NCBI GenBank assembly: GCA_043788365.1
Contig: JAYVTZ010000011.1
Location: 31,272-95,271, forward strand
Source of the DNA: Burkholderiaceae bacterium
GTDB lineage: Bacteria; Patescibacteriota; Saccharimonadia; Saccharimonadales; AQU-01
Direction of reading: 5' to 3'
Length of the DNA stretch: 64,000 bases
Shown: positions 17,850 through 27,566 of the stretch, in pieces
How the letters are laid out: each line of letters opens with the position of its first letter
Position numbering within the stretch: the stretch's first letter is position 1
Made by a program: the position numbers and the translations under genes
The notes under the pieces: model-generated
What the model saw: only the letters and a program-made list of their open reading frames with translations
What the model was told of the DNA's origin: nothing
Database searches by the model: none

Positions 17850-18254
17850 TTAGGTCGGTATTATGGCATACATTGCCTGGCCAGGTAGTTTTGTCCTATA
17901 GCCAGATTTAGCGCCCTGTATCATATTATTTTCGTGCATATTGATCCAGGGGTCCATCCACTGATTTTCATATAACACTAAGTAATGACCAACTGGATAT
18001 AGCCCTGATCTTTCAATGAGTACTATAGTGTAATTAGGAAAGCCTAAGTCGTGTTTTTTTCGAACGTACGTATTTTTATAGCTAAAGCCGTAGCGGTTTA
18101 ATGCATTCGCTAAGTCGCTAGGTCGCCATCCATGTTTCACGCTGTATTCTTTGCCTAAAAACTTCACTGCCTGTTCAAATGTCATACCACACACATAAGC
18201 GAGGCATGCAATTCCGCAACCATAATCTAATTTTTGAGTTACACTTTGTTTCAT
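17850..18254 (-). CDS. Stand-alone peptidase C39-like cysteine protease domain
   Basis: Q-x5-GCGIACLAYV catalytic Cys context, then GHYLVLY...DPW His/Asp context. Confidence 0.6.
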   Translation of the reverse strand: MKQSVTQKLDYGCGIACLAYVCGMTFEQAVKFLGKEYSVKHGWRPSDLANALNRYGFSYKNTYVRKKHDLGFPNYTIVLIERSGLYPVGHYLVLYENQWMDPWINMHENNMIQGAKSGYRTKLPGQAMYAIIPT

Positions 18255-18421
18255 GTTTCCATTCTAGAATTTATAAATATATAAACAACTTTAAATAAAG
18301 TAAGTTTCTGAAAGAGGTCCTTCATAATACTTATGCTCGAGTGGGAATGAGGGGGCTAGAACCTATGCCACCACCTAATCAAACTTGTGATACTTCATTA
18401 CAATATAACAGCGCAGGATAG

Positions 18422-18449
18422 TTGACATCTATTATAATATGTTTATAAT
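18422..18449 (+). promoter_or_regulatory. Promoter-like element (TTGACA-16-TATAAT) for the AbrB/Doc pair
   Basis: TTGACA 18422-18427, TATAAT 18444-18449, ATG at 18459. Confidence 0.45.
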
Positions 18450-18458
18450 TGCCTATAT

Positions 18459-18677
18459 ATGATTGAGACAATCCAAAAACTTATTCAGATCGGATCAAGT
18501 GAAGGCGTCACTTTATCAAAGAAGGACTTGGCAACTCTTGGTGCAAAACGCGGAGATTCTTTAAAAGTGCGAGTTGAATTGGCGGATGGTCATGAAAAGC
18601 ACGACAAACTACTACGTGAATATAGCGCTTTTGTTAACAAATATGGACAAACTTTAAAAAATCTCGCAGACAAATGA
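18459..18677 (+). CDS. AbrB/MazE-fold antitoxin (Phd functional analog)
   Basis: 72 aa; IQIGSSEGVTLSKKDL...GDSLKVRV SpoVT/AbrB-like motif; ATGA overlap with doc. Confidence 0.7.
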   Translation: MIETIQKLIQIGSSEGVTLSKKDLATLGAKRGDSLKVRVELADGHEKHDKLLREYSAFVNKYGQTLKNLADK

Positions 18678-19057
18678 CAGTAAAGTACCTCAGTCTTGAA
18701 GAGTTACTCAGGATACATCACCAACTCATAGAAGATTTTGGAGGCAGTCATGGGGTTCGAGATGAGGGGCGATTAAAATCAGTGATTGTCGCTCCCTCAC
18801 AAGAAGTCTTTGGCCGAGAACAATACGAATCACTATTTGAAACAGCAGCAGTCTATTTAAGAAATATCGTCGGAGATCACCCATTCATAGATGGCAATAA
18901 GCGTACCGGCATCACTGCCTGTGGCATCTTTCTTGCCCGTAATCGACACGGCTTGAGGGCTAATCCTATAGAATTAGAAAATTTTACAGTTAGTATTGCC
19001 ACTGAACATTTAGAAATACCTGAGATTGCAGATTGGTTGCAGGCTCATTCACAATAA
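18674..19057 (+). CDS. doc: Doc (death-on-curing) Fic-family toxin
   Basis: Doc variant of the Fic motif: HPFIDGNKRTG. Confidence 0.9.
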   Translation: MTVKYLSLEELLRIHHQLIEDFGGSHGVRDEGRLKSVIVAPSQEVFGREQYESLFETAAVYLRNIVGDHPFIDGNKRTGITACGIFLARNRHGLRANPIELENFTVSIATEHLEIPEIADWLQAHSQ

Positions 19058-19113
19058 TTCGATAAATAACCACCGATAGTTCTGAGGGTGTTAAACGACT
19101 TTCTATCTCAAAT

Positions 19114-19452
19114 TTGAATCGTCTTAGTGAACTCGTTAGTGATGTACGTGAAATTCCGGAAGCAATAGCCAGTGCAATCGGTAGCGCAGCATATGCACTA
19201 ACCCATTTACGACGCACTTTGGGCGAGAAACGTGCTATTCAGCAAGCAGATACCTGGGTAGAGACTGATAAACTTGAAAATACAGATATTGATGTAACAG
19301 TCTTACACGCTCTAGATGATAAACTTATTTCTTTTAATGACTCAGCAAATGCAGCCGAGCAGAGACAATGGGTGGATTTTGTACCAACCATAGGAGGACA
19401 TAGTAATGTATACGAAGCTGCAGTTCACGACCAAATACTTCGTGCTTTATAA
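19114..19452 (+). CDS. Hypothetical protein (TTG start, uncertain)
   Basis: ORF only. Confidence 0.3.
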   Translation: MNRLSELVSDVREIPEAIASAIGSAAYALTHLRRTLGEKRAIQQADTWVETDKLENTDIDVTVLHALDDKLISFNDSANAAEQRQWVDFVPTIGGHSNVYEAAVHDQILRAL

Positions 19453-19540
19453 CAGAGGTGACTTTATAGGCGTAAAGAATCCGAACTTTATTGTAGCTAA
19501 AAAGTCTACATATACTCCAGTAATTATAAGACAAAATTCG

Positions 19541-19615
19541 TGGCTGGGACGGTAGGATTCGAACCTACGAATGCTGGTACCAAAAACCAGTGCCTTACCA
19601 CTTGGCGACGTCCCA
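19541..19615 (-). tRNA. tRNA-Gln (anticodon UUG), CCA encoded
   Basis: Reverse complement TGGGACGTCGCCAAGTGGTAAGGCACTGGTTTTTGGTACCAGCATTCGTAGGTTCGAATCCTACCGTCCCAGCCA folds as a cloverleaf. Anticodon loop TTTTGGT; closely parallels E. coli tRNA-Gln. Confidence 0.9.
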
Positions 19616-19923
19616 TCGTCGGAATGTAATTGTGTGGTTACTATTTCGCCGACAAAATAAATTTGCTCGGCAAAATTAGTAACCCCACAAAGCTTCCTCC
19701 TCTCAAATTCGAGAATCCTCTCTCGAATTTGGATAGACCTGAGACAGGCCCAAAAAAACAACTTATGTTTTTGAATTAAGCCAGACCAGTCGAAGCTGTG
19801 AACAGATTGATTTTAGCTTAAAACGACAAATTTCTCAACTGATTAAGACGCTACGTATCAAATAGTGACTAATTGGTTATACTTATAGCTATGCATGTGG
19901 TTGATACTAATAAGATATACGCT

Positions 19924-21141
19924 ATGCGTAAACGACAGGTTAGGCGCAAGCGTCGGGCGAGAGTTGGCGTCGTGCTACTAGCAGCTATGGTGCTCGTTAG
20001 TGGCGGTGGCTACGTCGCATATCAGCGACCACTACCCGATACGACGGCAATACAACAGTTCAGTTTTAATTCTAACTCCTCCAAGCCCGATTTAGTCTGG
20101 CCGGGCTATGGTCAGGCTGCAATTGGAACAATTGATTATGGGCTACTTGATACTCATGGTGAGCAAAAGCCAGCATCAACTGCCAGTGTCGCCAAGGTTA
20201 TGACCGCACTCGCTGTTTTGCAACAAAAACCACTCACAACAGGCCAACAGGGCCCGCTAATTACCATCAATGATGATGACATTGCCTCGTATAATTACTA
20301 CGCAACACACGATGGGTCGCTAGTATATGTAATAAAAGACGAACAAATTAGCGAATATCAAGCTTTACAGGCATTGTTAATACCTTCCGCCAACAATATG
20401 GCCGAGACATTGGCGCGCTGGGCTTTTGGATCAATTGCCGCCTACAACACTTATGCCAACAACTTGGCAACGACAATCGGCATGACAAATACCAAAATCA
20501 CCGACCCTAGTGGCTTTGCACCAGAAACAGTTAGCACGGCTAGTGACCTTGTAAGGCTTGGGATTTTAGCGATGAAACAGCCAGTGATTGCTGATATCGT
20601 TCGTCAGTCTGAGGCTACCATACCAGTATCTGGCAAGATTACTACGACCAATCCAATAGTTGGCAGTAATGAAATAATAGGTATTAAAACCGGCCTTACT
20701 GATCAAGCCGGTGGCTGCTACATGTTTGCGGCTCATCATGACTTTGGTAATGGCCATAGTCAGGTGGTAGTTGGAGTGATTATGTCGGCACCAACATTTG
20801 GCCGTGTAATAAGTGATTCACAGCCATTGCTTGCAAGCACATATAAAGGTTTTAGAGACGTAACAGTAGTTAAAAAAGGTCAATCTTTAGGGAGTTATCG
20901 ATTAAATTGGGGGGCTGAAGTTGGAGCTGTTGCAAGTACGGAAGTCAAAGTTTTTGGTTGGAAAGACGAAGTACTAAGTCCGAAGCTGGTTTTAAATAAA
21001 TTACCGGCAAATGCCATCGGCGGCCAAGACGTCGGCAGTATTATGCTATCAAGTAAGATTGACAAAAGTAGTAGTGTAATAATAGCCGACAGGCCTGTCA
21101 CGTCGCCAGGTGTAAAGTGGCGGCTAACTCACGTATACTGA
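19924..21141 (+). CDS. Serine-type D-Ala-D-Ala carboxypeptidase (peptidase S11, PBP5-like)
   Basis: SxxK (ASVAK), SxN (PSANN) and KTG (IKTGLT) motifs. Start set at MRKRQVRRKRR plus TM anchor. Confidence 0.85.
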   Translation: MRKRQVRRKRRARVGVVLLAAMVLVSGGGYVAYQRPLPDTTAIQQFSFNSNSSKPDLVWPGYGQAAIGTIDYGLLDTHGEQKPASTASVAKVMTALAVLQQKPLTTGQQGPLITINDDDIASYNYYATHDGSLVYVIKDEQISEYQALQALLIPSANNMAETLARWAFGSIAAYNTYANNLATTIGMTNTKITDPSGFAPETVSTASDLVRLGILAMKQPVIADIVRQSEATIPVSGKITTTNPIVGSNEIIGIKTGLTDQAGGCYMFAAHHDFGNGHSQVVVGVIMSAPTFGRVISDSQPLLASTYKGFRDVTVVKKGQSLGSYRLNWGAEVGAVASTEVKVFGWKDEVLSPKLVLNKLPANAIGGQDVGSIMLSSKIDKSSSVIIADRPVTSPGVKWRLTHVY

Positions 21142-21147
21142 ATATGG

Positions 21148-22353
21148 ATGAAATCTAAACTTGCTGTAGTTATTCTGGCCACCGTAACCTTAATAGCGGC
21201 TTTTGGCGCATATAAAGTGGTCAGCTCAAGGCATCCTAGATACAAGGTCACGATTTCATCACGAGCGGCATCAACAACAACTGCCGGTAAAACATCAAAT
21301 GACAACAAAACACTCAAGATTGTCGCTAGCGGTGATTTTATTCCGCACGATTCGATTAATCAAGAGGCCAAACAAGCAGATGGTAGTTACGATTACTCGG
21401 GCATGATGGCAAATATGAAGACAGTCTTTGATAAAGCCGACATCAGGTTCTGTAATCAAGCAACGCCTGTTGGTGGGTCACAATTCGGCATTACTGGCTA
21501 CCCAGTTTTTAACGCACCACTGGAATTTACCCGCGACATGACAAAACTTGGCTGTAATTTGATTAATATTGGCTCTAACCACAGTAACGACAAGGGCCAA
21601 GCCGTGATTGATGCTCAGCGGGCGGAATGGGATAAGCAGTCTGGAATTTTGGCAGTTGCTGGCGCTAACCGCTCTGTCGCCGAACAGCAGATCATTAATT
21701 ACTTCAGCGTCAAAGGTGTTAAATTTGCCTTTTTGTCATACGTTACCTACAGCAACACTCATAATATGACTAGTTACGGCGTAAATATGTTTAGTCGTGC
21801 CACAGCCGGTCCACAACTGGCCGAAGCTCGTAAAAATGCTAACATTGTAATTATTAGCATGCGCTGGGGCACAGAGTACTCTAACGGTATTAATGCCGAA
21901 CAGTCGTCTGATAGTCAGTATTTGGCCGACAACGGGGCTGATATCATTTTTGGCCACGGTTCGCACTCACTGGAACCTGTCAAAAAGTTAACTGGCCAAA
22001 ACGGGCACTCTACTTATGCTTGGTATTCGCTTGGCAATTTTTTGAACGCCCAGCTAGAGATTGAGTCGCTGTTTAGTGGCCTAGCAGTTATTAATATCGA
22101 CACCGCGTCTAAACAAATCACAAGTGTTAGTTACTTACCAATTTATATGCATTACGAGTGGACAGTGGGGGAAGCCGCTGCCCAAACCCTACTTGCTCGT
22201 CACAATCACAAGCTTTATTTATTAGAAAACGCAACTGATGTAATGCTCACTGGTCAGCAACTTAAAACCACTGTCGCCCAGCAGAAAACCAGAATTACTA
22301 ATCTTATAAACCAATATACCAGCGTGCCACTAATTACAAGTCCAGCGCTTTAG
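21148..22353 (+). CDS. CapA/PgsA-family metallophosphatase-fold protein
   Basis: N-terminal anchor; CapA-like blocks (ASGDFIPHD, NIGSNHSNDKG, ISMRWGTEY, FGHGSH). Confidence 0.7.
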   Translation: MKSKLAVVILATVTLIAAFGAYKVVSSRHPRYKVTISSRAASTTTAGKTSNDNKTLKIVASGDFIPHDSINQEAKQADGSYDYSGMMANMKTVFDKADIRFCNQATPVGGSQFGITGYPVFNAPLEFTRDMTKLGCNLINIGSNHSNDKGQAVIDAQRAEWDKQSGILAVAGANRSVAEQQIINYFSVKGVKFAFLSYVTYSNTHNMTSYGVNMFSRATAGPQLAEARKNANIVIISMRWGTEYSNGINAEQSSDSQYLADNGADIIFGHGSHSLEPVKKLTGQNGHSTYAWYSLGNFLNAQLEIESLFSGLAVINIDTASKQITSVSYLPIYMHYEWTVGEAAAQTLLARHNHKLYLLENATDVMLTGQQLKTTVAQQKTRITNLINQYTSVPLITSPAL

Positions 22354-23108
22354 TAATTTAATGCTGGTTGCAAGCCGAAGAATTGTTCCATTGTTTGGTC
22401 CTGCTTGACTAGTTCGACCGCCAAGGCTTTGCCAACGTAGCGCATGTGCCAAGGCTCGTACTCATAACCCGTCAATTGCTCTTTGTCTTTGCCGTAACGG
22501 ATAATAAAGCCAAATTCTGCGGCATGAGTAGCTAACCACTTGCCTTCTGGCGTATCACCAAAACATTGTTGTAGTTCGCAACGCTTGTCGGCGGGTTCGA
22601 CGTCAAACGTTAGTCCAGTTTGGTGTTCGCTATGAGATGGGCGGGCGCTCGAGCGGTCGGCTGCGACTTGACCCTGAGTTGCGACATAGGCGACGTACAA
22701 GGTTTTTTGATAAGCCTCAGACCGATAGCCACTACTGAGCATTAAGCTAAAGCCGGCATCACTGGCAGCTTTAAACATTGTCTCCATATCAGGCACAATC
22801 GTGGCTCTAACTTGCATCTGTTCGCTGCTGGCATCAAGTCGCAGTTTAACTTTCGGCACGACTAAATTAGGCGGTTTGAAACCGTCAACCAACTTGCGCT
22901 GCTTATTAACAATTACCCAGATACTGTCGGCTTCTTTAATCGAATAGGTGGTTTTGTCGAATCCGATTGGCGACGGTACCGGCGTTGATTGAGTAATTGT
23001 TTTTGAACCATCCGACTTGCCGGGGGCTTTAAAATGAGCAACTGCCAAACTTACTAGCATAACTATTACGAGCAAGCCAATGGCGATTAAATTATGTCTT
23101 TTTGTCAT
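22350..23108 (-). CDS. VanY-type D,D-carboxypeptidase (peptidase M15B)
   Basis: SGYRSEAYQ, SEHQTGLTFD and EPWHMRY zinc/active-site motifs; N-terminal anchor. Confidence 0.85.
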   Translation of the reverse strand: MTKRHNLIAIGLLVIVMLVSLAVAHFKAPGKSDGSKTITQSTPVPSPIGFDKTTYSIKEADSIWVIVNKQRKLVDGFKPPNLVVPKVKLRLDASSEQMQVRATIVPDMETMFKAASDAGFSLMLSSGYRSEAYQKTLYVAYVATQGQVAADRSSARPSHSEHQTGLTFDVEPADKRCELQQCFGDTPEGKWLATHAAEFGFIIRYGKDKEQLTGYEYEPWHMRYVGKALAVELVKQDQTMEQFFGLQPALNY

Positions 23109-23206
23109 TGCCTAAATATTATAGCCTAAGCCTAGGATTAAAGCCGCGGTTTAAGAAGTTAATGATTGCCAATGTCGCCAAAATAGAGTAGTTTAATAGT
23201 TAATCT

Positions 23207-24166
23207 ATGTCTAAAAAAAGTCCAAAACAACCTGCTGACTATATAGTGCCTTTGAACATGAATGGTTTAAAAGGCCGGATGCTTTATATGCCGGCCCCAA
23301 AAAACGCAAAGCGGGAAATTCTAATGATATACGGGCATCATGCTTTGCTTGAGCGTTGGTGGGGCTTGGTGCAGTGTTTTAACACTTATGGTGCCGTTAC
23401 TATGCCTGACTTGCCTGGCTTTGGCGGCATGGATAGTTTCTATAAAATTGGCAGTAAAGCAACGATTGACAACTATGCCGATTACTTGGCTTCGTTCGTA
23501 AAGCTTCGCTACAAGCGAAAAAAAGTGACAATCATAGGCATTTCTTACGGTTTCGTAATCGCTACTAGAATGTTGCAACTCTATCCGGAACTGGTCTCGA
23601 AAGTTGATTTATTAGTTAGTGCTGTTGGCTTTGTCCACGAAGATGACTTTACCTTTAGTCGACCGCGCATGGCTATGTATAGGACACTGACTAAATCACT
23701 AACAAATAGAGTCACGCCGACGATATTTAGGTATCTAGCACTGAACTCACTAGTTTTAAGAACGGCCTACAAGCACACGCACAACGCCAAGCACAAATTC
23801 GCCGAGACTAAGGGAAACCCGGAAATGGCTAAGGCCTTAATGGATTTGGAGATTCGCCTTTGGCACGAAAACGACGTCCGGACTCACATGGCAACAAGTA
23901 ACAGCTTTTTGCACCTCGATAATTGTCGTAAACCAATTGACTTACCAGTTGTCCACATTTATTCAAAGAACGATAATTACTTTGATTATCAGATTATTGA
24001 ACAACATATGCGAGTCATTTTTAAGGACTTTGTAGGTTTGCCGATAAATACCAAAACTCATGCTCCAAGCATTTTGGCTGATAAAAAGGCGTCAAGTGTG
24101 CTGATGCCAATGCGTCTGCGCCGGATGCTGGCTAGTACCAGTGGTGCCGCTGGCATGGTAAAATAA
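23207..24166 (+). CDS. Alpha/beta-fold hydrolase
   Basis: HG oxyanion region (IYGHHA), nucleophile elbow GISYG, late His. Confidence 0.6.
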   Translation: MSKKSPKQPADYIVPLNMNGLKGRMLYMPAPKNAKREILMIYGHHALLERWWGLVQCFNTYGAVTMPDLPGFGGMDSFYKIGSKATIDNYADYLASFVKLRYKRKKVTIIGISYGFVIATRMLQLYPELVSKVDLLVSAVGFVHEDDFTFSRPRMAMYRTLTKSLTNRVTPTIFRYLALNSLVLRTAYKHTHNAKHKFAETKGNPEMAKALMDLEIRLWHENDVRTHMATSNSFLHLDNCRKPIDLPVVHIYSKNDNYFDYQIIEQHMRVIFKDFVGLPINTKTHAPSILADKKASSVLMPMRLRRMLASTSGAAGMVK

Positions 24167-24173
24167 GTCTAAG

Positions 24174-25298
24174 ATGAAGATAGGACTCGTTTGCCCATAT
24201 GATATTTTTCGCGGTGGCGGCGTCCAGGAGCATGTCTTGGCACAGGCGGAAGAGTTGAGAAAACGCGGTCATGAAGTAAAGATTTTAACGCCAAGACCAC
24301 GAACCATCAAGACGCGCGCGCCAAAAGATGTTCTATTTGCCGGCAACTCAGCCAAAGTCAAAACACCAATCAAGACGACGCTTGAACTCGGTGCTAGTTT
24401 TCGCCGTGATACGATCGATGACATTCTAATCGAAGAAAACTTTGATTTGTTGCACGTCCATGAACCGGAAGTGCCTTTTATGGGCGCACAGGTGATATCA
24501 AAGGCACGTTGTCCAGTTGTAGCCACTTTTCATGCCATTCACCCGGATACACCGATGTCGTGGACGATTGAAGCCTTTAGAATTCCTTACTCGCGTTCGA
24601 TATTTAGCAAGTTGACCGAAATTACCGCCGTATCTGATGTTGCCGCTCAGTTTGTGAGCGAACGTACTGGCCGACACGTTAGTATTATCCCAAATGGTAT
24701 TAATCTAGATAAGTACTCTAAGGCTAAGTATGCGAAAACCAAATCAAGTAAAAACAAGACTATTTTATATGTTGGTCGTCTTGAAAAGCGTAAAGGTGTT
24801 AAATACCTAATTAAGGCATTCGCAAAACTAGCGGCCAAAGATCCGAACGTACAACTTATCATTGCTGGTGACGGTTCAGACCGTGAAAAGTTGGTCGACT
24901 GGGTTGCCTACAACAAAGTTCCCAGAATCAAGTTCCTAGGCTTCGTGACCGATAAGCAAAAGCTCAAACTGTTTAGCGAAGCAGATTTATTTTGCTCACC
25001 TGCTCTATATGGTGAAAGTTTTGGCATCGTACTACTTGAAGCCATGGCTATGGGCGTAGTCACAGTAGCTGGTGATAATGATGGTTATAAGGGAGTGATG
25101 CGTGAAACTGGGCAAATCTCTATTGTTCACCCGCAGCGCATCAACGAATTTGCCGACAGATTGGGGTATTTGTTAAATGACCAAGCTATTCGTCAGCTAT
25201 GGGTTGAGTGGAGTGCAAATTATGTGAAACAGTTTGACTATCGTCTAGTTGTTGATAAATACGAGGCTCTGTACAACAAAATTGTGAGTAAATCGTGA
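24174..25298 (+). CDS. GT4-family glycosyltransferase (PimA-like)
   Basis: GGVQEHV N-terminus, LYVGRLEKRKG, C-terminal ESFGIVLLEAMA (EX7E). Confidence 0.85.
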   Translation: MKIGLVCPYDIFRGGGVQEHVLAQAEELRKRGHEVKILTPRPRTIKTRAPKDVLFAGNSAKVKTPIKTTLELGASFRRDTIDDILIEENFDLLHVHEPEVPFMGAQVISKARCPVVATFHAIHPDTPMSWTIEAFRIPYSRSIFSKLTEITAVSDVAAQFVSERTGRHVSIIPNGINLDKYSKAKYAKTKSSKNKTILYVGRLEKRKGVKYLIKAFAKLAAKDPNVQLIIAGDGSDREKLVDWVAYNKVPRIKFLGFVTDKQKLKLFSEADLFCSPALYGESFGIVLLEAMAMGVVTVAGDNDGYKGVMRETGQISIVHPQRINEFADRLGYLLNDQAIRQLWVEWSANYVKQFDYRLVVDKYEALYNKIVSKS

Positions 25299-26425
25299 AG
25301 ATTGGATTCGTCCTCGACGATTCGCTCGATAAATCTGACGGTGTTCAACAATACATAATTACTCTCGGTCGCTTTTATACTTCGCTAGGGCACGATGTGC
25401 ATTATCTTGTTGGTCAAACCAAACGTGAAGATATTGCCAATATTCATAGCCTCAGTAAGAATATTCAGGTCAAGTTTAATAAAAATCGAATGTCGATACC
25501 TATTTATGCTAATCGCTATCGTATTAAGACGTTATTAGACGAGGAACAATTTGACGTTTTACACGTCCAGATGCCCTATAGTCCGTTTATGGCCGCCCTG
25601 GTAGTCAAATACGCACCCAAAAATACCGTTATAGTCGGTACCTTTCATATTGTGCCGTACTCGTTGCTGCATAATTTGGCCGGACGGTTACTCGGCTTAT
25701 ATCTACAATCAAGCTTACGCCATTTTGACCAAGTCATCGGTGCATCAAAGCCGGCAAGTCATTTCGCTAAACAGTCGTTTCGCGTGAAGTCTGTGGTCAT
25801 CCCTAACACGGTCGATATCGGCCTATATAAGCACGCCAAGGCACTGGACAAATACCAAGACGGCAAAATAAATATTGTTTATTTGGGTCGTTTGGTCGAT
25901 CGTAAGGGTTGTGGTTACCTTCTAGCGGCAATTAAGGATCTGCACGACAGACGACAGTTAATAAATGTCCGGGTCATTATCTGCGGCAAAGGCCCTCTTG
26001 AAGCCGAACTCAAGGCTTATGTGCATGATAATCATCTCGGTTCACTAGTACATTTTACCGGTTTTGTTAGCGAGTCAGACAAGCCAGATTACTTAGCCAG
26101 CGCCAATATTGCCGTCTTCCCCTCAACAGGTGGTGAATGTTTTGGAATTGTTTTAATTGAAGCCATGGCCGCTGGTAGCGAGATTGTACTCGGGGGCAAT
26201 AACATTGGCTACACATCAGTACTTGGCGATCGCCCCGATCAGCTGTTTAACCCAAGAAATACCAAACAGTTTGCCAATATTCTCAAACACTACATACTGA
26301 ACGGCAAGGCTCGAAAGCAAGCAAGTACATGGCAGTCTCGTGAGGTAAAACAATACGATATTACAGTGGTTGGCCATAATTTGCTTAAGCTTTATGAGAG
26401 TTTGATTGCAACAAAAACTAAATAG
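25295..26425 (+). CDS. GT4-family glycosyltransferase
   Basis: Paralogous layout; ECFGIVLIEAMAAG EX7E motif; 4-nt overlap with the previous GT4. Confidence 0.85.
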   Translation: MKIGFVLDDSLDKSDGVQQYIITLGRFYTSLGHDVHYLVGQTKREDIANIHSLSKNIQVKFNKNRMSIPIYANRYRIKTLLDEEQFDVLHVQMPYSPFMAALVVKYAPKNTVIVGTFHIVPYSLLHNLAGRLLGLYLQSSLRHFDQVIGASKPASHFAKQSFRVKSVVIPNTVDIGLYKHAKALDKYQDGKINIVYLGRLVDRKGCGYLLAAIKDLHDRRQLINVRVIICGKGPLEAELKAYVHDNHLGSLVHFTGFVSESDKPDYLASANIAVFPSTGGECFGIVLIEAMAAGSEIVLGGNNIGYTSVLGDRPDQLFNPRNTKQFANILKHYILNGKARKQASTWQSREVKQYDITVVGHNLLKLYESLIATKTK

Positions 26426-26443
26426 GGTAATAATAGAGGTAAT

Positions 26444-27565
26444 ATGAAACTTTTTTCGTCACGCAAATCAACGACAAATATCAGTATCACTAACGACACA
26501 ATTATTCGCACGATTGTAATTGTCGTCATAACTATCATGGGTCTAAAGGTACTCGCTAGCATAAGTGGCCAGTTATCTTTGATTGGCGTAGCGATTTTCT
26601 TAGCAATTGCATTAAACCCAACTGTTGGCTGGATAAGTAGACAATTAAAGATTAAAAGCCGGGCTTTAGCGGTTGGAATAGCTTATATAACAGTATTGAT
26701 TGTTTTATCAACGTTTTTGGCGTTAGTTGTGCCACCCCTTGTTAAGCAAACTGGTGATTTCGTCAAAGGACTACCTCAAACAATTGATAATTATAGAACT
26801 CAAGATTCGGCACTAGCTAGAGCGATTCACCGCTATAAAATCGATCAGCAAATCAGTAGCCTAAGCCACGATTATAGCGCTAAGTTATCGAACGTCTCTG
26901 GTCCACTTATCAGTACGGCGGGTAAAATTGGCGGAACTTTAGTTGCTATCATCACCGTTCTAGTCTTGACCTTCATGCTGTTAGTCGAAGCCCCTGAATG
27001 GCTGGAACGTCTGTTTATGATGCAACCTCACGATGAAAGAGTGCGCCGCAAAAAGGTTGCTTTGCGCATGTATCGCATTGTCACTGGATATGTTAATGGC
27101 CAAGTGCTAATTGCGGCTATAGCTTCTATTTTCGCGGTCGTAGCCTTAGTAATTGGCAGTACATTAGCAAATGTCAGCATAAATCCCGTCGCACTCGCCG
27201 GTATTGTTTTTGTGTTTGGTCTAATTCCGCTGATCGGCAATACGCTAGCGGCAGTTCTTGTCATCATCTTTTGTCTGTTCGCATCGTCAGGTCTAGCTGT
27301 CGGTATGGCAGTTTACTTCCTGCTTTATCAGCAGATAGAGAACGCCACTCTGCAACCCTATATTCAAGCTAGAAGTAACAACCTTACACCACTAATCGTC
27401 TTTATTTCCGCCTTAGTTGGTGCTCAACTTGGTGGTTTACTCGGAGCCTTGGCCGCCATCCCTCTTGCGGGGTGTATCAGAGTTCTGCTAGACGAATACT
27501 CGGACGTTTCGATACCATTAGCCGAAGAGCTTGAAAAAGACGACGAAAAAAATAAGAAGAAATAG
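26444..27565 (+). CDS. AI-2E family transporter (PerM/UPF0118)
   Basis: Eight-TM pattern with typical GQVLIAAI and IPLIGNTL blocks. Confidence 0.8.
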   Translation: MKLFSSRKSTTNISITNDTIIRTIVIVVITIMGLKVLASISGQLSLIGVAIFLAIALNPTVGWISRQLKIKSRALAVGIAYITVLIVLSTFLALVVPPLVKQTGDFVKGLPQTIDNYRTQDSALARAIHRYKIDQQISSLSHDYSAKLSNVSGPLISTAGKIGGTLVAIITVLVLTFMLLVEAPEWLERLFMMQPHDERVRRKKVALRMYRIVTGYVNGQVLIAAIASIFAVVALVIGSTLANVSINPVALAGIVFVFGLIPLIGNTLAAVLVIIFCLFASSGLAVGMAVYFLLYQQIENATLQPYIQARSNNLTPLIVFISALVGAQLGGLLGALAAIPLAGCIRVLLDEYSDVSIPLAEELEKDDEKNKKK

Positions 27566-27566
27566 T

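Noticed and set aside
18330-18385. tRNA-like fragment (GGGGGCTAGAACC...)
   Set aside because: No consistent T-arm or acceptor pairing could be drawn on either strand.
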